Of a stretch of 64,000 nucleotides of DNA, positions 43,380-55,053 are shown one piece after another. The translations under genes and the position numbers were made by a program. The DNA is from Podarcis bocagei (lineage: Eukaryota): the NCBI GenBank assembly GCA_964188305.1, contig OZ076885.1; one strand, 5' to 3'. The first letter of the stretch is position 1. Each line of letters begins with the position of its first letter. The notes beneath the pieces were generated by a model that searched no databases, was not told where the DNA came from, and saw only the letters and a list, made by a program, of their open reading frames with translations.

Positions 43380-43574
43380 ATAGCTCTCCCAGCTATCTGC
43401 CTATCTCCCATTCCCACCACCCTTCTGAGTAACACCCCTCCCCACCTTCTCACTATATAGAAGGATCTGGCAACTTCTGTTTCAGTGTATCTGAAGAAGT
43501 GTGCATGCACACGAAAGCTCATACCAAGAACTAACTTAGTTGGTCTTTAAGGTGCTACTGGAAGAATTTTTTTT
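43380..43574 (+). mobile_element. Penelope-like element terminal-repeat fragment
   Basis: ctgaagaagtg..cacgaaagctcat..gttggtctttaaggtgctac signature; flanked by aaattaaattaaa direct repeats. Confidence 0.75.
43487..43524 (+). ncRNA. Minimal type I hammerhead ribozyme motif
   Basis: gtat CTGAAGA a gtgtgc-at-gcacac GAAA gc TC atac: stem I gtat/atac, perfect stem II, palindromic AGCT stem III. Confidence 0.72.
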
Positions 43575-44031
43575 AAATTAAATTAAAGGCTAATTAGATG
43601 GCTTTCTGCAGGGTTAGGGTTGGGAACAGTAAGTGCTCCACTGAATTGAAATTCCAGCCGTCACGACACAGGAAAACGGCCAAGTAAACAGCTATTTTCG
43701 TGGAGGATGATCAAGATATTAACTGATATGTATGAAATATCATCTATAGCTATATAATCCCTAGTGTAGTAAGATAAGACCTTTGGAGCAGGCATTTTCA
43801 AATTTTTTTTTTTATGAACAGCCCTAGTAGGGCAGTAATTGTTCCTTGATAATTTGTCACCCCCCCCTCCATGATGAAACCTGGGGTGACCCACCCCACC
43901 TCCTACGCCCCTGTCCAAGGGTAATCTATGTACTTGCAAAGGCAAGTTAGTTTTGTGTGCAAGCAGTTCTGCATTCAAGCCCTGGTTTTAAAAAGTGCTG
44001 GGAAAAGCCTTGAGGCTGCTGCCAGACAATA

Positions 44032-44824
44032 CAGTGGTACCCCGCAAGACGAACGCCTCGCAAGATGGAAAACCCGCTAGACGAAAGGGTTTTCCGTTTT
44101 GGAGGCGCTTCGCAAAACGAATTTCCCTATGGGCTTGCCTCGCAAGACGACAGCCCATAGGGAAATCTCTGGGACAGCGGGGAAGCGCAGCGCGTCTTCC
44201 CCACTGTCCTCGGACCTCCTCCCGCCGCGCGGCATCGGAACGAAGCTCCGATGCCGGGCGGGGGGGGAACGCCTCCTCCCCCCCGCGCGGCATCGGAACG
44301 AAGCTCCAATGCCGGGCGGGGGGGGAACGCCTCCTCCCCCCGCACAGCATCGGAACGAAGCTCCGATGCCGGGCGGGCGGGGGAACGCCTCCTCCCCCCC
44401 TGTGCGGCATCGGAACGAAGCTCCGATGCCGGGCGGGGGGGGGGGAAGCCTCCTCCCGCCGCGCGGCATCGGATGGCTTTCCTGAAGACTTGGGGTGGGA
44501 GGAGGGTTTTCCTTCCCACCGCCAACATTCAGAATGCTGTTCTGAATGTTGGCGGCGGGGAGGAAAAACCCTCCTCCCACGCAAGCCCCGGGAACAGAGG
44601 GAAAGCGCTGCGCGCCTTCCCCTCTGTTCCCGTACCTGTCCTGAAGGCTTGCGGTGCGGAGAAACGCCCTTCTCCGCACCGCCAGCCTGGCAAGCGGTTT
44701 CCCTAGGAACACATTAATTGATTTTCAATGCATTCCTATGGGAAACCGTGCATCGCAAGACGAAAAAACCGCAAGACGAAGAGACTTGCGGAACGAATTA
44801 ATTTCGTCTTGCGAGGCACCACTG
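44032..44824. mobile_element. GCAAGACG-family MITE, copy E, inverted relative to C, with hairpin minisatellite
   Basis: TIRs and TA TSD; four full units of 57-60 bp. Confidence 0.92.
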
Positions 44825-45090
44825 TACTGGGCTAAATGGGCAAGTAGTCTCACTTCATACTATGCACTTGACCGTTCATGTTTTCAAGCACAAGGAGTAT
44901 ATTTTATTACCTAGATGGGAGGTCACTTTTTTCACTCAAACACAAAGGAGAAAGCCACTAGGATTTCTTTGCAATAAAGACCCAAGGATTCAAGACTGCA
45001 GCTAGAGGTTTCTTTTGCAGTTAGTTTACTTTTAAATAAAACTTAAACAGAAAATGTCACATGAGAACAGCAGACAAATTTAACTATATC

Positions 45091-45096
45091 TTTATT
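45091..45096 (-). terminator. Candidate RAPH1 poly(A) signal (AATAAA on -)
   Basis: tttatt on +, at the end of an AU-rich UTR-like block. Confidence 0.65.
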
Positions 45097-48000
45097 GACT
45101 TGTGCATATTCCATTGTAATGATTTCCGAGTACTTTGTCATTGAATGCATTTTTTTAATTTTTTTTCTCCCATGCTTAAAAAAAGTATATTTATACATAT
45201 TTATAGAATATTTATATAGAACAAAGCTCTTCTCGACTGTAAATTACCACTTTCAATGAGATTTGCTTTCTTAAAGGGAAAGGAGATGGGGAGGCAGTCC
45301 CACTCTAAAGATAAAATGTGCAATTTTTTATGTAAAGCAGTAAACATATGAATGTATTTAAGCACTTAGCACAAATCTGCACAGACAACATAATTGCTGC
45401 AATGTTGGTGTTTAACAGGTGCATAATCAGGACTCCTTACCACTATCGAATGCTTACCAATGCCTGCAAAACAGCTCAATTTCCCAGCATTTACAATCGC
45501 ACAGTAGGTGAAGCAGGAAAAAGCAGACAAATGACCCAATCCCATTTTCAAACGCATACTTTGTGAGAAATCTAAGATGCTGCAGCACAGATCTTTATCT
45601 CCCCCCCCCCCCCGGCCCTCTAAAAAGTGAAGCACATTCTCGTCCAGAGAGTTCAATGTTTCCCAACATTTTTGTATTGGCCCCTTGTAATAAAGATGGA
45701 AATAGGCAGCAGAACCTGTTGGACGTAGATAGGCGTTTTGAGAAAACTACCACAGACTGTCCTGTTATCTCTTTGGTAGAAAGAAAACCCCAAATATTGG
45801 TTGCTGAGGGCATGCGTACGAAGATGCCCTACCAAGCCCAAGGCGGTGATCCATATCATCACAGCAACTGGTACCAGCTTCTTGCTGGTTCAGGATTGCA
45901 GTTTGCATATATTTAAAGCCATCATGTAGAGCAGCGCTCTTGCCACAGCTGGGCAAGGACGTGATGTACTAGAAGGGCGTTCACAGTTGATAGTGTCGGG
46001 CTCATAAATTCTACACCCCCCATAGGTCCTAAATATACAGGTTTGCAATGTGTAGCTGAATTTTGAATTTGCTTTAGTGGTGGGAAGGGGGGGGGGAGAG
46101 TAAAGCAGCATACAGATGTGTACATTACACACACTGAACAAGATTGCCACTGATCACAGTGCTTTAAATATTCACTTTATGGTTATTGGGGGTTTTTTTT
46201 GGGGGGGTGGGCATAATGGTACACTCAAGCCTAAATCGGTTCCAGCACATCTAAAAGCCAAACTACACATGAAGCATGTAATCAGTAGAAGTAAAAGGAC
46301 AAAATTGCTAGGTTGCCAGCATGGGAACAAGGACCTCTCCGTCTCCTCCCTTCTCTAACCTCCGCCCCCCCCCCAAATGCTGCCTTGGGGCAGATGTGAG
46401 CTTAATGTTGGTTTTCCTGCACTCAACTATTTAGCAAAGAGAAACAAGCACAGTTGCCAATTCTCCAGTTAAGGTGTGATTTGGCCCTACAAAGCTTTTC
46501 AGCAATATCTTTTCAAGTAGGTAACCATTAAAAAATAAATATAGGATACTTTTCTTATCCGGGCCAAAGGGTCTACAGAAGTACCTCACTATGTGTAAGA
46601 AGAAGCAGCAGCATGTACTTTTTACACTTGGGATTATAAAGTTAGGGTTATGTTAAAAATGTCTAAATGCATTTAGAACCTATCTGTCCTCAGTACTCTT
46701 TTAACTTGTAAGTGGTTTTTAAACGGGATCGACATCTTTAAACACTAAAAGGCGTTTAAGGCCAAACGGTTGTCGTCAAAAGCAGTGTGGCTAACCTCTT
46801 CTCAAATTTGCAATTTTCTAATCAACAATGCAGACAAGAAAATGAAATGCAAGTAGAAATGAAAAACAAAACAAACATTTGCATCACTGAAGTTTAAATA
46901 GGCATGAATTCAGCTGATGTTGCTCAGAAAAGTCTGAGTTCCATCTACATGTCTGCCCATGTTGTGCTCACTGAATATTCCTGTCTTGTTTTTGAACCCT
47001 TCCCAAACTTTCAAGAATGTCGGCATGCCACATTCGACTTCCAAGGAGGTTTGTAAAGAAAATTGCAGCCTAGACACAGAGCATTGTGGTAGACCTGCAA
47101 ACTCAATTTAAGACTCCGTAGGAACGACTGAAGCAATAGTGGGGGAACCTGTGGCCTTTCATGTGGGGGTGGGCTCCCATCATAGAATTGTAGTTCAACG
47201 GGACCCCCCCCCAAGGGTCATCTAGCCCAACACTCTGCAATGCAGGAATTTCAGCTCAAGCATCCATGACAGATGGCCAATAGCCTGGGATAAGGCAGCT
47301 TGTAGTCCTAACATCTGGAGGGCCACAGGTTCTTAAGATAGTTTTATAAATTAAGGAAGGGAGACATTCAAGAAGAGACAACAGTTGCCGCTGCTAAGAT
47401 TAGGACACCATCCAGGGCAAAGATGCAACTTGCCCTTTTCTGTTCACAAACGGAATAGATTGTGTGAGGCCAAAGCTGCGTTGCCCTGTTCTGTTTCAGT
47501 AACTTACCCCTCGCATCCACTGTAGGCAATTTAAAATCCCGGAGCACGGTTAACAGATAGAGATGCTGGCAAAATGGCGAAGCACCAGGCAATTAGCAGG
47601 CTTAGCTAACCTCAGAATGAGCACGATTTTGAAAAAAGATCCATGGAGATAGTGCAGTCCTACATAATGTCGGAAGTAAGCCCCGCTGCATTCCGTGGGA
47701 CTTAATTCGAGGTAAGTGTGTAGAATTGCAGCATTAAATGACTGTAAGATGCACATACCATATTAGAATGTTTGTAAGCTGCACATACCATTAAGGTATC
47801 ATATCCAAATGCTGCATCCATAGCAGTGACCCGAGGAGGAATGACCGCTGGGAGAAGAAATGCAACAGTACATCTGCAGGAGCACAACCAGACCCCTTCA
47901 TCTGCCCCGGCTGCAACAAAACATGCCTCACCACAGGTGCTGTAACCTTCCAACAGTTCACCCCCAAAAGTGCACTCCTACATCGTCTCCAGAGACAGAT

Positions 48001-51000
48001 GGATGCCCATAAACACATCTGGAAAATATGTTCTACATTACCGTTTTTCAGAAGACACCAATGGGTAGCTAAAATGGTACCTTCTTACCCCTGCTGTTGC
48101 TTACTTGTGGGGCGGGGCACATTCTTTAATATACCAGGGCACAAAAATTCACGACATTCTGAAAATGTCAATGTGGATCTTGGTCAGTTGTTTGCATTTA
48201 AGACGTTTCGTTAAAGCTGGGAAGAGACATAACAGTACTTCAAAGGCATTGGTTCTAAATTAACAAAAGGGGGCAGGGAAGTGAGTGAATTAACTGGCTT
48301 GGCTGCCCAAAGCAATCCCACACTCTCTTAGGGAGCCTATGTACCTGGCTGTGAGGTTGCTACTGGACATGGAACAAATCTGGCATATTCCTCACACCTC
48401 CCAAATGAGGTGGGTTTTCTCCCCCCCCCCCTTTAGGCCAGCAAGTGGTCCGAGCAGCAATGGAAAGAAGAAAGTTGAGCACCAAATGCATTGTAAGTAA
48501 AAAAAAATAACCACCATTTGTTGTAAGACAAGCTAAAATGCTGCAATGTAAATGGTTAAGGACACTTTATAAGCACAAAAATAGAAGAAATGAAACTCTG
48601 AACACTTTGTAAGTTACCAAAAAAAGTGCCATCCGACAGCAGTGCTTTAAAAATGCACACAATGGTATATTATTGCTCAAGTAAACTATTCTAAAATAGG
48701 AAAACTGTGTCCAGGACACATTTGGGGAAGGGAAAACAAGCCGATTCAGCATCAGATGACATAGCACCATTCCTTTCTGCATCCAAGATCCTTCTAGGCC
48801 AAAAGCAAAAATGACTCTTAACTTTCTCCGGCTTTTTCTAGAGCGAAATGTTAAGCCTTCCAAATTACCCAAATTTGGATACCTTTCTACAAACAGAGCT
48901 CAGGCAGACGACAGTCTTTTTTTAAATAAAAAAAAAAAGGCAAACACCACCACCTCAGCCCCAAACTTCTGATACCTAAGACAAGCTTGCGATGGGCTAA
49001 TCTTTCAGGTTTAAAAGGTGGCAAGCCCTTTAAACACAAGTTCAGAGCAAATTATCGCTGTCCTTCCCCTTACACACACACGCACTGCACTCATATGGAA
49101 TTCAGTAATAGCCAATAATGAGAAAGTTGTACAATTTCTGTGTTGCATCGCACAGCAGATGCAATACTTGCTGCCTGGGCCTGCACATCACTTGAATGGT
49201 TTAAGCGGAACAAGCAATGCGCTGCTGGTACACTGGCTCATCAGTGCACAGCACTAACCTTTGTTCAGCATGCTACCAACGAAACAAGCCATAGGCTGTT
49301 TGCTGTTGCGCGCGAAACAATGCTCATGGTACGTTTCTCAACAAAAATCCAGCTGGTTAGCCAAGAAGGAGCCTACCATCACATTTTTCGCTTCTCTCCT
49401 AACCGTAAAAGCTGGCTTGCGCACAACAGCAAACCAGCGCCTGGTTTGGTTCCTCGCTGGCGTTCTAGCAAAAGGAAGAGCGAAGCACGGTCTCTCCAGC
49501 ACACTGGTCCTTCATGTTAAGCCATAATTGAGACTGGTGTAAACATAACGCATGAGCTGCTTCAGAACTTCCTCGCCTGGTAAAAATTCTGATTAAATTC
49601 CAAAACGCACTACTTGAACTTAGGATAGCGCAGGTTCCTAGGACGAAGAGGTTTTTCGTCTCGACTAGAGCATCGCAGATGACGGGAGCCAAGACTTAGC
49701 TCTCGTGCCATCACCAAATCAGGCGAAAGGGAATTGCGCCATGATCGCCCTTTTGCTTTGTCCATTAACAAGCCATTCTGCCACCCCCTGGGGTCACCTG
49801 TGTGTGAAGAAGCATTTCAACCACTTAAGCAATGCTTGCCTGCCCAGCTGTTGTGGAAACGGGGGTCATATTTGCACGTGCCCCTCTTCAGCCATGCAGA
49901 ATGTATTTGGGGGGGGGAGGGTGCCCAACTGGGTGAGCAAACCCCATTTTCTCCACACTCCCCCATCAAGCGGCAAGGTTTAAGCGGGTTTGCAAGTGCG
50001 CTTGGCTGAACACGCTCGCAGCAGCCCTGCCCGTAACCCAGAACCTCGTGCCATCCAATTTCTGAGGGGTGGCCAACTCCTCTCCACAGATACATGTTTC
50101 GAACGTTGGGAGAGGACTCGCGTTGAGCGTTAATCTTAAGAGATGCAGGTGCGCTTGGGTCGTACGCAAGATGGCATCTTGGCAACCTGCCGAGTAGCAC
50201 CAGAGCAAGGAGCTCGCGAACTGAGCCGAATTGGTGGTCACACATGACAACTGGCACACCCAGAATGATTCTGAACTGAGCTTGCAGATGCACCATTTCT
50301 GCTTAAATGCCAAACTGATCTCTAAATAAAAATGAGTAACATGGATTAGAAGAGTGTGTATTTATTCTAATTAAAAGCACGATCCCTTCAGAGAAAATCC
50401 CACTTGATTCATTGCAAGTTGCTCCCTGGTAAGTGTGAACAGGATTGCAGCCTCGGAGCCGGATCCTACACCTATTTAGTCTCAAATATGTCTCCGCCGT
50501 GTTCCATGGGGCTTACACCTAAGTGCACAAAGGTGTAATAAAGGGCAGTGTCTTCTTAAGTGTTTTGATTAAATAAATCCTTTCCTTTCCCCTTAACAGT
50601 TCCAGAAGGGAATGTCTGTATTCTGAAGTCCAAATATATTTAACTCCAGGCCCACAATACAACACATCCCCTTTCCTATGTATGGATTTAATCTCAGTAG
50701 TATTACAACCAGAATGTTTTGGTAGATTGTTTCGGAGTTTTCAATCAACTGACAATGTACAAACGCCGATAGAATCTGTCAGTACCCTATACCCGTCACC
50801 GACTGGGAAAAATAGGTTTTTTTCTGATTAAAGTGCCTCCTATTAGCTTCAATTTTTAAAAGGGCTTTTCTTTTAAGATGTGCCATCCAATTTCCGGTAA
50901 TATACATATCGGTTGACTGAAACAAATAAATACAGATGTACAAAAACATTCTGGTTAGCCTCTATCATTGCAACAAAATACTTCACAATATATTATATAC

Positions 51001-51253
51001 CTACATTTATAATACATGCACCAACATGTCTCACGTGACAGACAACAGATGTTTTCCTGAATTGCAGGAAAAAGAAGTGTTTCAAAGATTTTGGTCCAAT
51101 CCGTAAGGAGGATCTCAAAAGAGTTAGCCCGCCCCTTGCCCCAATAAACCAACCGCAAACAGAGAAATATTTTGGGCTGATTGTGAACCGAAACAGGCGC
51201 CCATAGCTTCTGTTCGTGTGTGTGTGGTGTGTGCATGCGTGCGTGCATGCATG

Positions 51254-51255
<2 letters not shown>

Positions 51256-51290
<35 letters not shown>
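51256..51290. repeat. (AC)n microsatellite in the proximal RAPH1 3'UTR
   Basis: Seen directly. Confidence 0.95.
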
Positions 51291-51292
<2 letters not shown>

Positions 51293-51363
51293 CTATTAAG
51301 ACAAGGAGTTCCACAAGTGTATCAGACATGTCATTCGTAGAGTTCACTGGCGGCCACTTACTA

Positions 51364-53349
51364 TCACCAGTCTCGAGAGAGTTTGGTGTTTTGATCCCTC
51401 TTGGGGGGCGCCGGCGGTGGACCTCTCCGTAGCGTTGCATAGCCCGATATGTGGCTGCCTCCAAAGTTGCTGCTCTTCTGCTTCTCCGTGAGAAGTTCCG
51501 GCGGGGGCGGGGGCAAAGCCATGTCATCCATGGTGGCCGTCGGCTCCGCCCTGGATATCCGGGCCGAGGAGAGGGAGCCGTGCCGCGTGATGGACTTGCG
51601 CTGCAGAGTCCTGTTCAGGTCGGCCAGGAACCCGGGCTGAACGCTAAGACCAGACTTGGGCGAGGTGGGCGCTTGCGGAGCCGCGGCCGCTTGCAGAGCC
51701 GCGGCGGCCTGCGCTTCAGCCATTTCCGCCTGCGTGAGCCGGGTGTTGTCGTTGCGCTTGGGGCGAGTGGGGGGAGGAGCTTTCTTCCCCGACTGCTTGG
51801 ACCACGGGGGCTGGGGCTGAGGGTTGACGACGGCCACTTTGGGAGAGGTGTTGCCCGAAAACACGGCGGGAATCTCGATGGGCGGCAGAGGGAGATCGAT
51901 TTCAGGCGGCGGAGGGGGGAAGTCTGAATCCGACGGAGGGGAAGGAAACTCTTCCACGGTACCCTTCCCGGGCGCTCCTGTGGCAGGTGCCTTTGCGGAA
52001 ATTCCCGCTTGCTGAAGTACGATAGGCAGGTTGAGCTTTCCTGGCTTTGGGGGAGCTGCAGGGGGGAGCGGAGTTTCCTTCACAGGAGACCCCAAAGGCT
52101 CTGGCGGAGGTGCAAATTTGCTGACCAGGCTATCCACCGACGGTCTCTTTGATTCGTGGTACTCCGCTGAGCTGTTGGATTTTATGCTGGAGTTCCGCTG
52201 GGGAGTCGGTGGGGGCTTTTTTCCTCCCGGGCTGGACGTCTTGGTAGACTTCTTGACCGGGGAACCCCCTGCCTTGTCCGGCGTGGGAGACACCACCGCT
52301 GGAGCAGGGGAGGGCGGTGGAGGAAAGGCTAGGCTACTTTCAGGTGGCGGCGGAGGAAAGTCGGGAGATGGGACGGCGGTGGGCTGCCATTTCGGCTTGG
52401 CTTTGACTGCCGGAGGAGACTGGGGTGGCACATTCAGAGGGGTGGGCTTTAAAGGCTGAGGCTCTGAAGCCGGCATGGGAGGCGGAGGGAAGTGGCTGGC
52501 AATTTGCTTCACCACTGATGGCACAGGGGACTGCGGCGAGGGCGGGAGTTTGCCGGAGTAGCTCTGCTGCTTGGGCAAAGTGGGCGGGGGGAGAGGGCCT
52601 AGCGGGACAGGAGACAGGGGAACCTGCGGAGTTGCGAAACTGGGCTGCTTCTTCATCACTGAAGGAACCAGGGCAGGGGCAGGCGGCGTGGGTTGCGCCG
52701 CGACAGGCGAGGCGGCTTTTGAGCTGCTCTGTGTAGGCAGAGTCATGGCAGGCTTAGGAGGGGCTTGGGGAGGCAGCGGCGCAGGCATAGGCGGGGGAGG
52801 CGGCGGCGTGGCAGGGGCCGCGGCTGGCGCCGGAGGAATGTTCTGATGGATCTGGTGGATTTTGAGAGGAGGGGGAGGAGGGGGTGGCGGCGTGAACTGC
52901 GGCACTGACGGGATGGAGGGCACAGGCTTCATGAGCTGCGCCATAGCTGAGCCCGGGGTAGGGGGAGGTGGCGGCGGCGGCGGCGGAGGGACCACGCCAT
53001 TAGGGGGCACTGGGTTCTGGGGTTTTGCCGGTGGCAGGATTGGTGGGGGTTGCTGCATCATATGGGGGGGCTTGAAGAGAAGCCCCCCATGCTGAGAGGC
53101 GTTCTGCAGCCTTGTTATCGTGCTGTACTTCACAAACACGGTGGCTGAGCCGCCTCCCGATGACATGGACTGGCTGGGGAGGGGCGGCGGCGGAGGGGGT
53201 GGCGGAGGAGGAGGGGGTGGCGGAGGAGGGGGTGGGGGCGGAAGGGGAGGCGATGGCTGTGAAGCTGAATATAGGGGGGTCGCTTTGGCCTGCGGAGACA
53301 AAGCTGGTGGGACTGAAGTAAAGGGTCGACTTATTGAGTCCATTCTAGC
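51364..53349 (-). CDS. RAPH1: RAPH1 terminal coding exon, proline-rich tail with FPPPP Ena/VASP motifs (ARMDS...TKLSRDW*)
   Basis: 659-aa ORF in the track; acceptor ttttag|GCT; C-terminus GYATLRRGPPPAPPKRDQNTKLSRDW matches lamellipodin. Confidence 0.97.
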   Translation of the reverse strand, partial: ARMDSISRPFTSVPPALSPQAKATPLYSASQPSPPLPPPPPPPPPPPPPPPPPPPPLPSQSMSSGGGSATVFVKYSTITRLQNASQHGGLLFKPPHMMQQPPPILPPAKPQNPVPPNGVVPPPPPPPPPPTPGSAMAQLMKPVPSIPSVPQFTPPPPPPPPLKIHQIHQNIPPAPAAAPATPPPPPPMPAPLPPQAPPKPAMTLPTQSSSKAASPVAAQPTPPAPALVPSVMKKQPSFATPQVPLSPVPLGPLPPPTLPKQQSYSGKLPPSPQSPVPSVVKQIASHFPPPPMPASEPQPLKPTPLNVPPQSPPAVKAKPKWQPTAVPSPDFPPPPPESSLAFPPPPSPAPAVVSPTPDKAGGSPVKKSTKTSSPGGKKPPPTPQRNSSIKSNSSAEYHESKRPSVDSLVSKFAPPPEPLGSPVKETPLPPAAPPKPGKLNLPIVLQQAGISAKAPATGAPGKGTVEEFPSPPSDSDFPPPPPEIDLPLPPIEIPAVFSGNTSPKVAVVNPQPQPPWSKQSGKKAPPPTRPKRNDNTRLTQAEMAEAQAAAALQAAAAPQAPTSPKSGLSVQPGFLADLNRTLQRKSITRHGSLSSARISRAEPTATMDDMALPPPPPELLTEKQKSSNFGGSHISGYATLRRGPPPAPPKRDQNTKLSRDW

Positions 53350-54240
53350 CTAAAAGGGAAGGGAATACAAAAAACCCAAAATAAAATTCAAACATATATA
53401 GAAAGAGAAATGATTGTGAAAGTGCCTGCTATAAACTTAACTACTATGAATTACAAAAAGTTGAATAAAGTGTTGTATAACTGAGAGAGAAGGTTGGGTT
53501 GGTACTGTGTGCAGAGGGACCCGCACAAAGTTCGCAATTGCATTAGGGAAGACAAGATCTCCCATTGCTTTTAGAGCAGAATCCCTCACAACTGCCTAAG
53601 GTGGAAATATATATGGCCATATTTAACGGGAGGGGAATGCAAGTGACCAAGCACTGATAATCAATATACAGAGTGAAAACCATCACGACTAACTATATCA
53701 CAGAATAGGAAGGGAAGTCAAGGCATGCAGGGATTATTGCACCGGGCGGAGGGGGGGAAGGAAGAGGTCAAACAGAAGGCACCAAGAGTTCTGGTCAAGT
53801 TATTAAGGTGATTTACTTTGTGACATCTTTCAACAGATAATGGACCACCAAATGAACAATCCTATATTTTATGACCGTTCCTCCATATTATGTGATTATT
53901 TGAGGGAAGCATTGTGAAACGATGGTTTCCTGCAATTTAGAGCTATGCATACCATTGCAAAGAGTACTTATCTGAAATTCAGCAAGCTATAGAACTCTTT
54001 TAAGATTCTTCATTCTGGGAAGAATTTTCCAGCAATATATGCTAAACCAGAACCATGACAGATTATTAATAAATTGGGGTGGGGGGGGTGCATGACATTG
54101 TCAAATTAGGGCACTAAAGGCTCAGGCACTTGTGGACTAATCAGTGTGTTTAAATATTAGATATCTCTTGAGAAAAGTTAGTCTGCATGATTTTGGTTGC
54201 ATCATTCACCCAGGTTAATAGTTCAAACAAGGCCCCTGAC

Positions 54241-54317
54241 CTTAACTCTACCCCTGCTTAAGTCATCACTGCAGTGGAGCTCTGAGCTGTTCCGGGTTTT
54301 GCATTTGCCACATGAGA
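54241..54317 (-). other. RAPH1: Candidate alternative RAPH1 exon with in-frame stop (SHVANAKPGTAQSSTAVMT*)
   Basis: Strong pyrimidine tract plus cgcag| acceptor and AAG|gtcagg donor; no expression evidence. Confidence 0.4.
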
Positions 54318-54571
54318 CTGCGAGGCAACAGGAAAACAAAACAAAACATAGCATAAAACATAGGGGAGCAAGCTGCGACATGAAGCAACTGTTACCATAA
54401 TGGTATATTCCCAGAATGTATGAGGCTTGGCTGTTTCTCCAAATTTAATGGAGAATTCTTGGCTGCTTCCTTACGTAGGAATCATGGCTTACAAGCAAGG
54501 CCAATGTTACGCAATGGTGAAATTCATATCCTATCACGGTAATATAGTATTGTCTGTTGTATGATACTTAC

Positions 54572-54717
54572 GCTAATTTTGCCAGACTCTTCCAGTTGGG
54601 TACCACGCTTCCAGGCCTCTGAGAAGATGGAGCTAACGATACTTTGAGAACGGACATGTCCTGTCTGGGTATCTGAAACTCCACTATCTGATTGATTAGA
54701 ATGATTGGATTGAGATT
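54572..54717 (-). CDS. RAPH1: RAPH1 exon (ESQSNHSNQSDSG...QLEESGKIS)
   Basis: acag| and |gtaagt on -; 146 nt. Confidence 0.92.
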
Positions 54718-54815
54718 CTGTGGAAAGAAATGCAGAACACACATTGGGCATCAATGCAAAACCCATAAAAACAAGTTTATTTGAATCACTCTCACATGTA
54801 TAATTGACTCCATGT

Positions 54816-55053
54816 CATAGCTGTCAACTTACAGATTTGAAAATAAGGGACCAGCAGCCTCGAAAATAAGGGATCAGCAGCCAAAATAAGGGATTTTCCG
54901 GGCACAGGTATGTTCAACTTCTGAGCCCCTCTGAGCCAAAGGCAGAAAGCCCAGCCAGCAGCCAAATGAAGCTTCATCAATAAGGGACAGCAGCAGGACA
55001 TGGCACTGGGATAAGAGACTGTCCCGCCAAATAAGGGACACTTGACAGCTATG
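54816..55053. mobile_element. hAT non-autonomous element
   Basis: TIR catagctgtcaa/ttgacagctatg; 8-bp TSD ctccatgt; five AATAAGGGA repeats. Confidence 0.9.

Larger units (their letters stand above)
45070..51363 (-). other. RAPH1: Probable RAPH1 3'UTR, about 6.3 kb
   Basis: Between the stop codon and the candidate poly(A) signal; the end is inferred. Confidence 0.65.

Noticed and set aside
44225-44475. CRISPR-like repeat-spacer appearance
   Set aside because: Vertebrate DNA, homologous linkers, no cas genes; it is a minisatellite inside a MITE.
43988-44914. Long overlapping ORFs up to 240 aa; similar MVPRKTNASQ peptides at 17.1, 22.4, 29.0-29.8 and 37.6-38.5 kb
   Set aside because: Stop-poor GC-rich MITE sequence open in several frames; no transposase or other domain recognised.
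51449-53353. Gly-rich + strand ORFs
   Set aside because: Antisense shadows of RAPH1 proline codons.
54396-54470. Second possible cassette exon in the last RAPH1 intron (EAAKNSPLNLEKQ...)
   Set aside because: Weak acceptor and donor, not frame-preserving; insufficient support.
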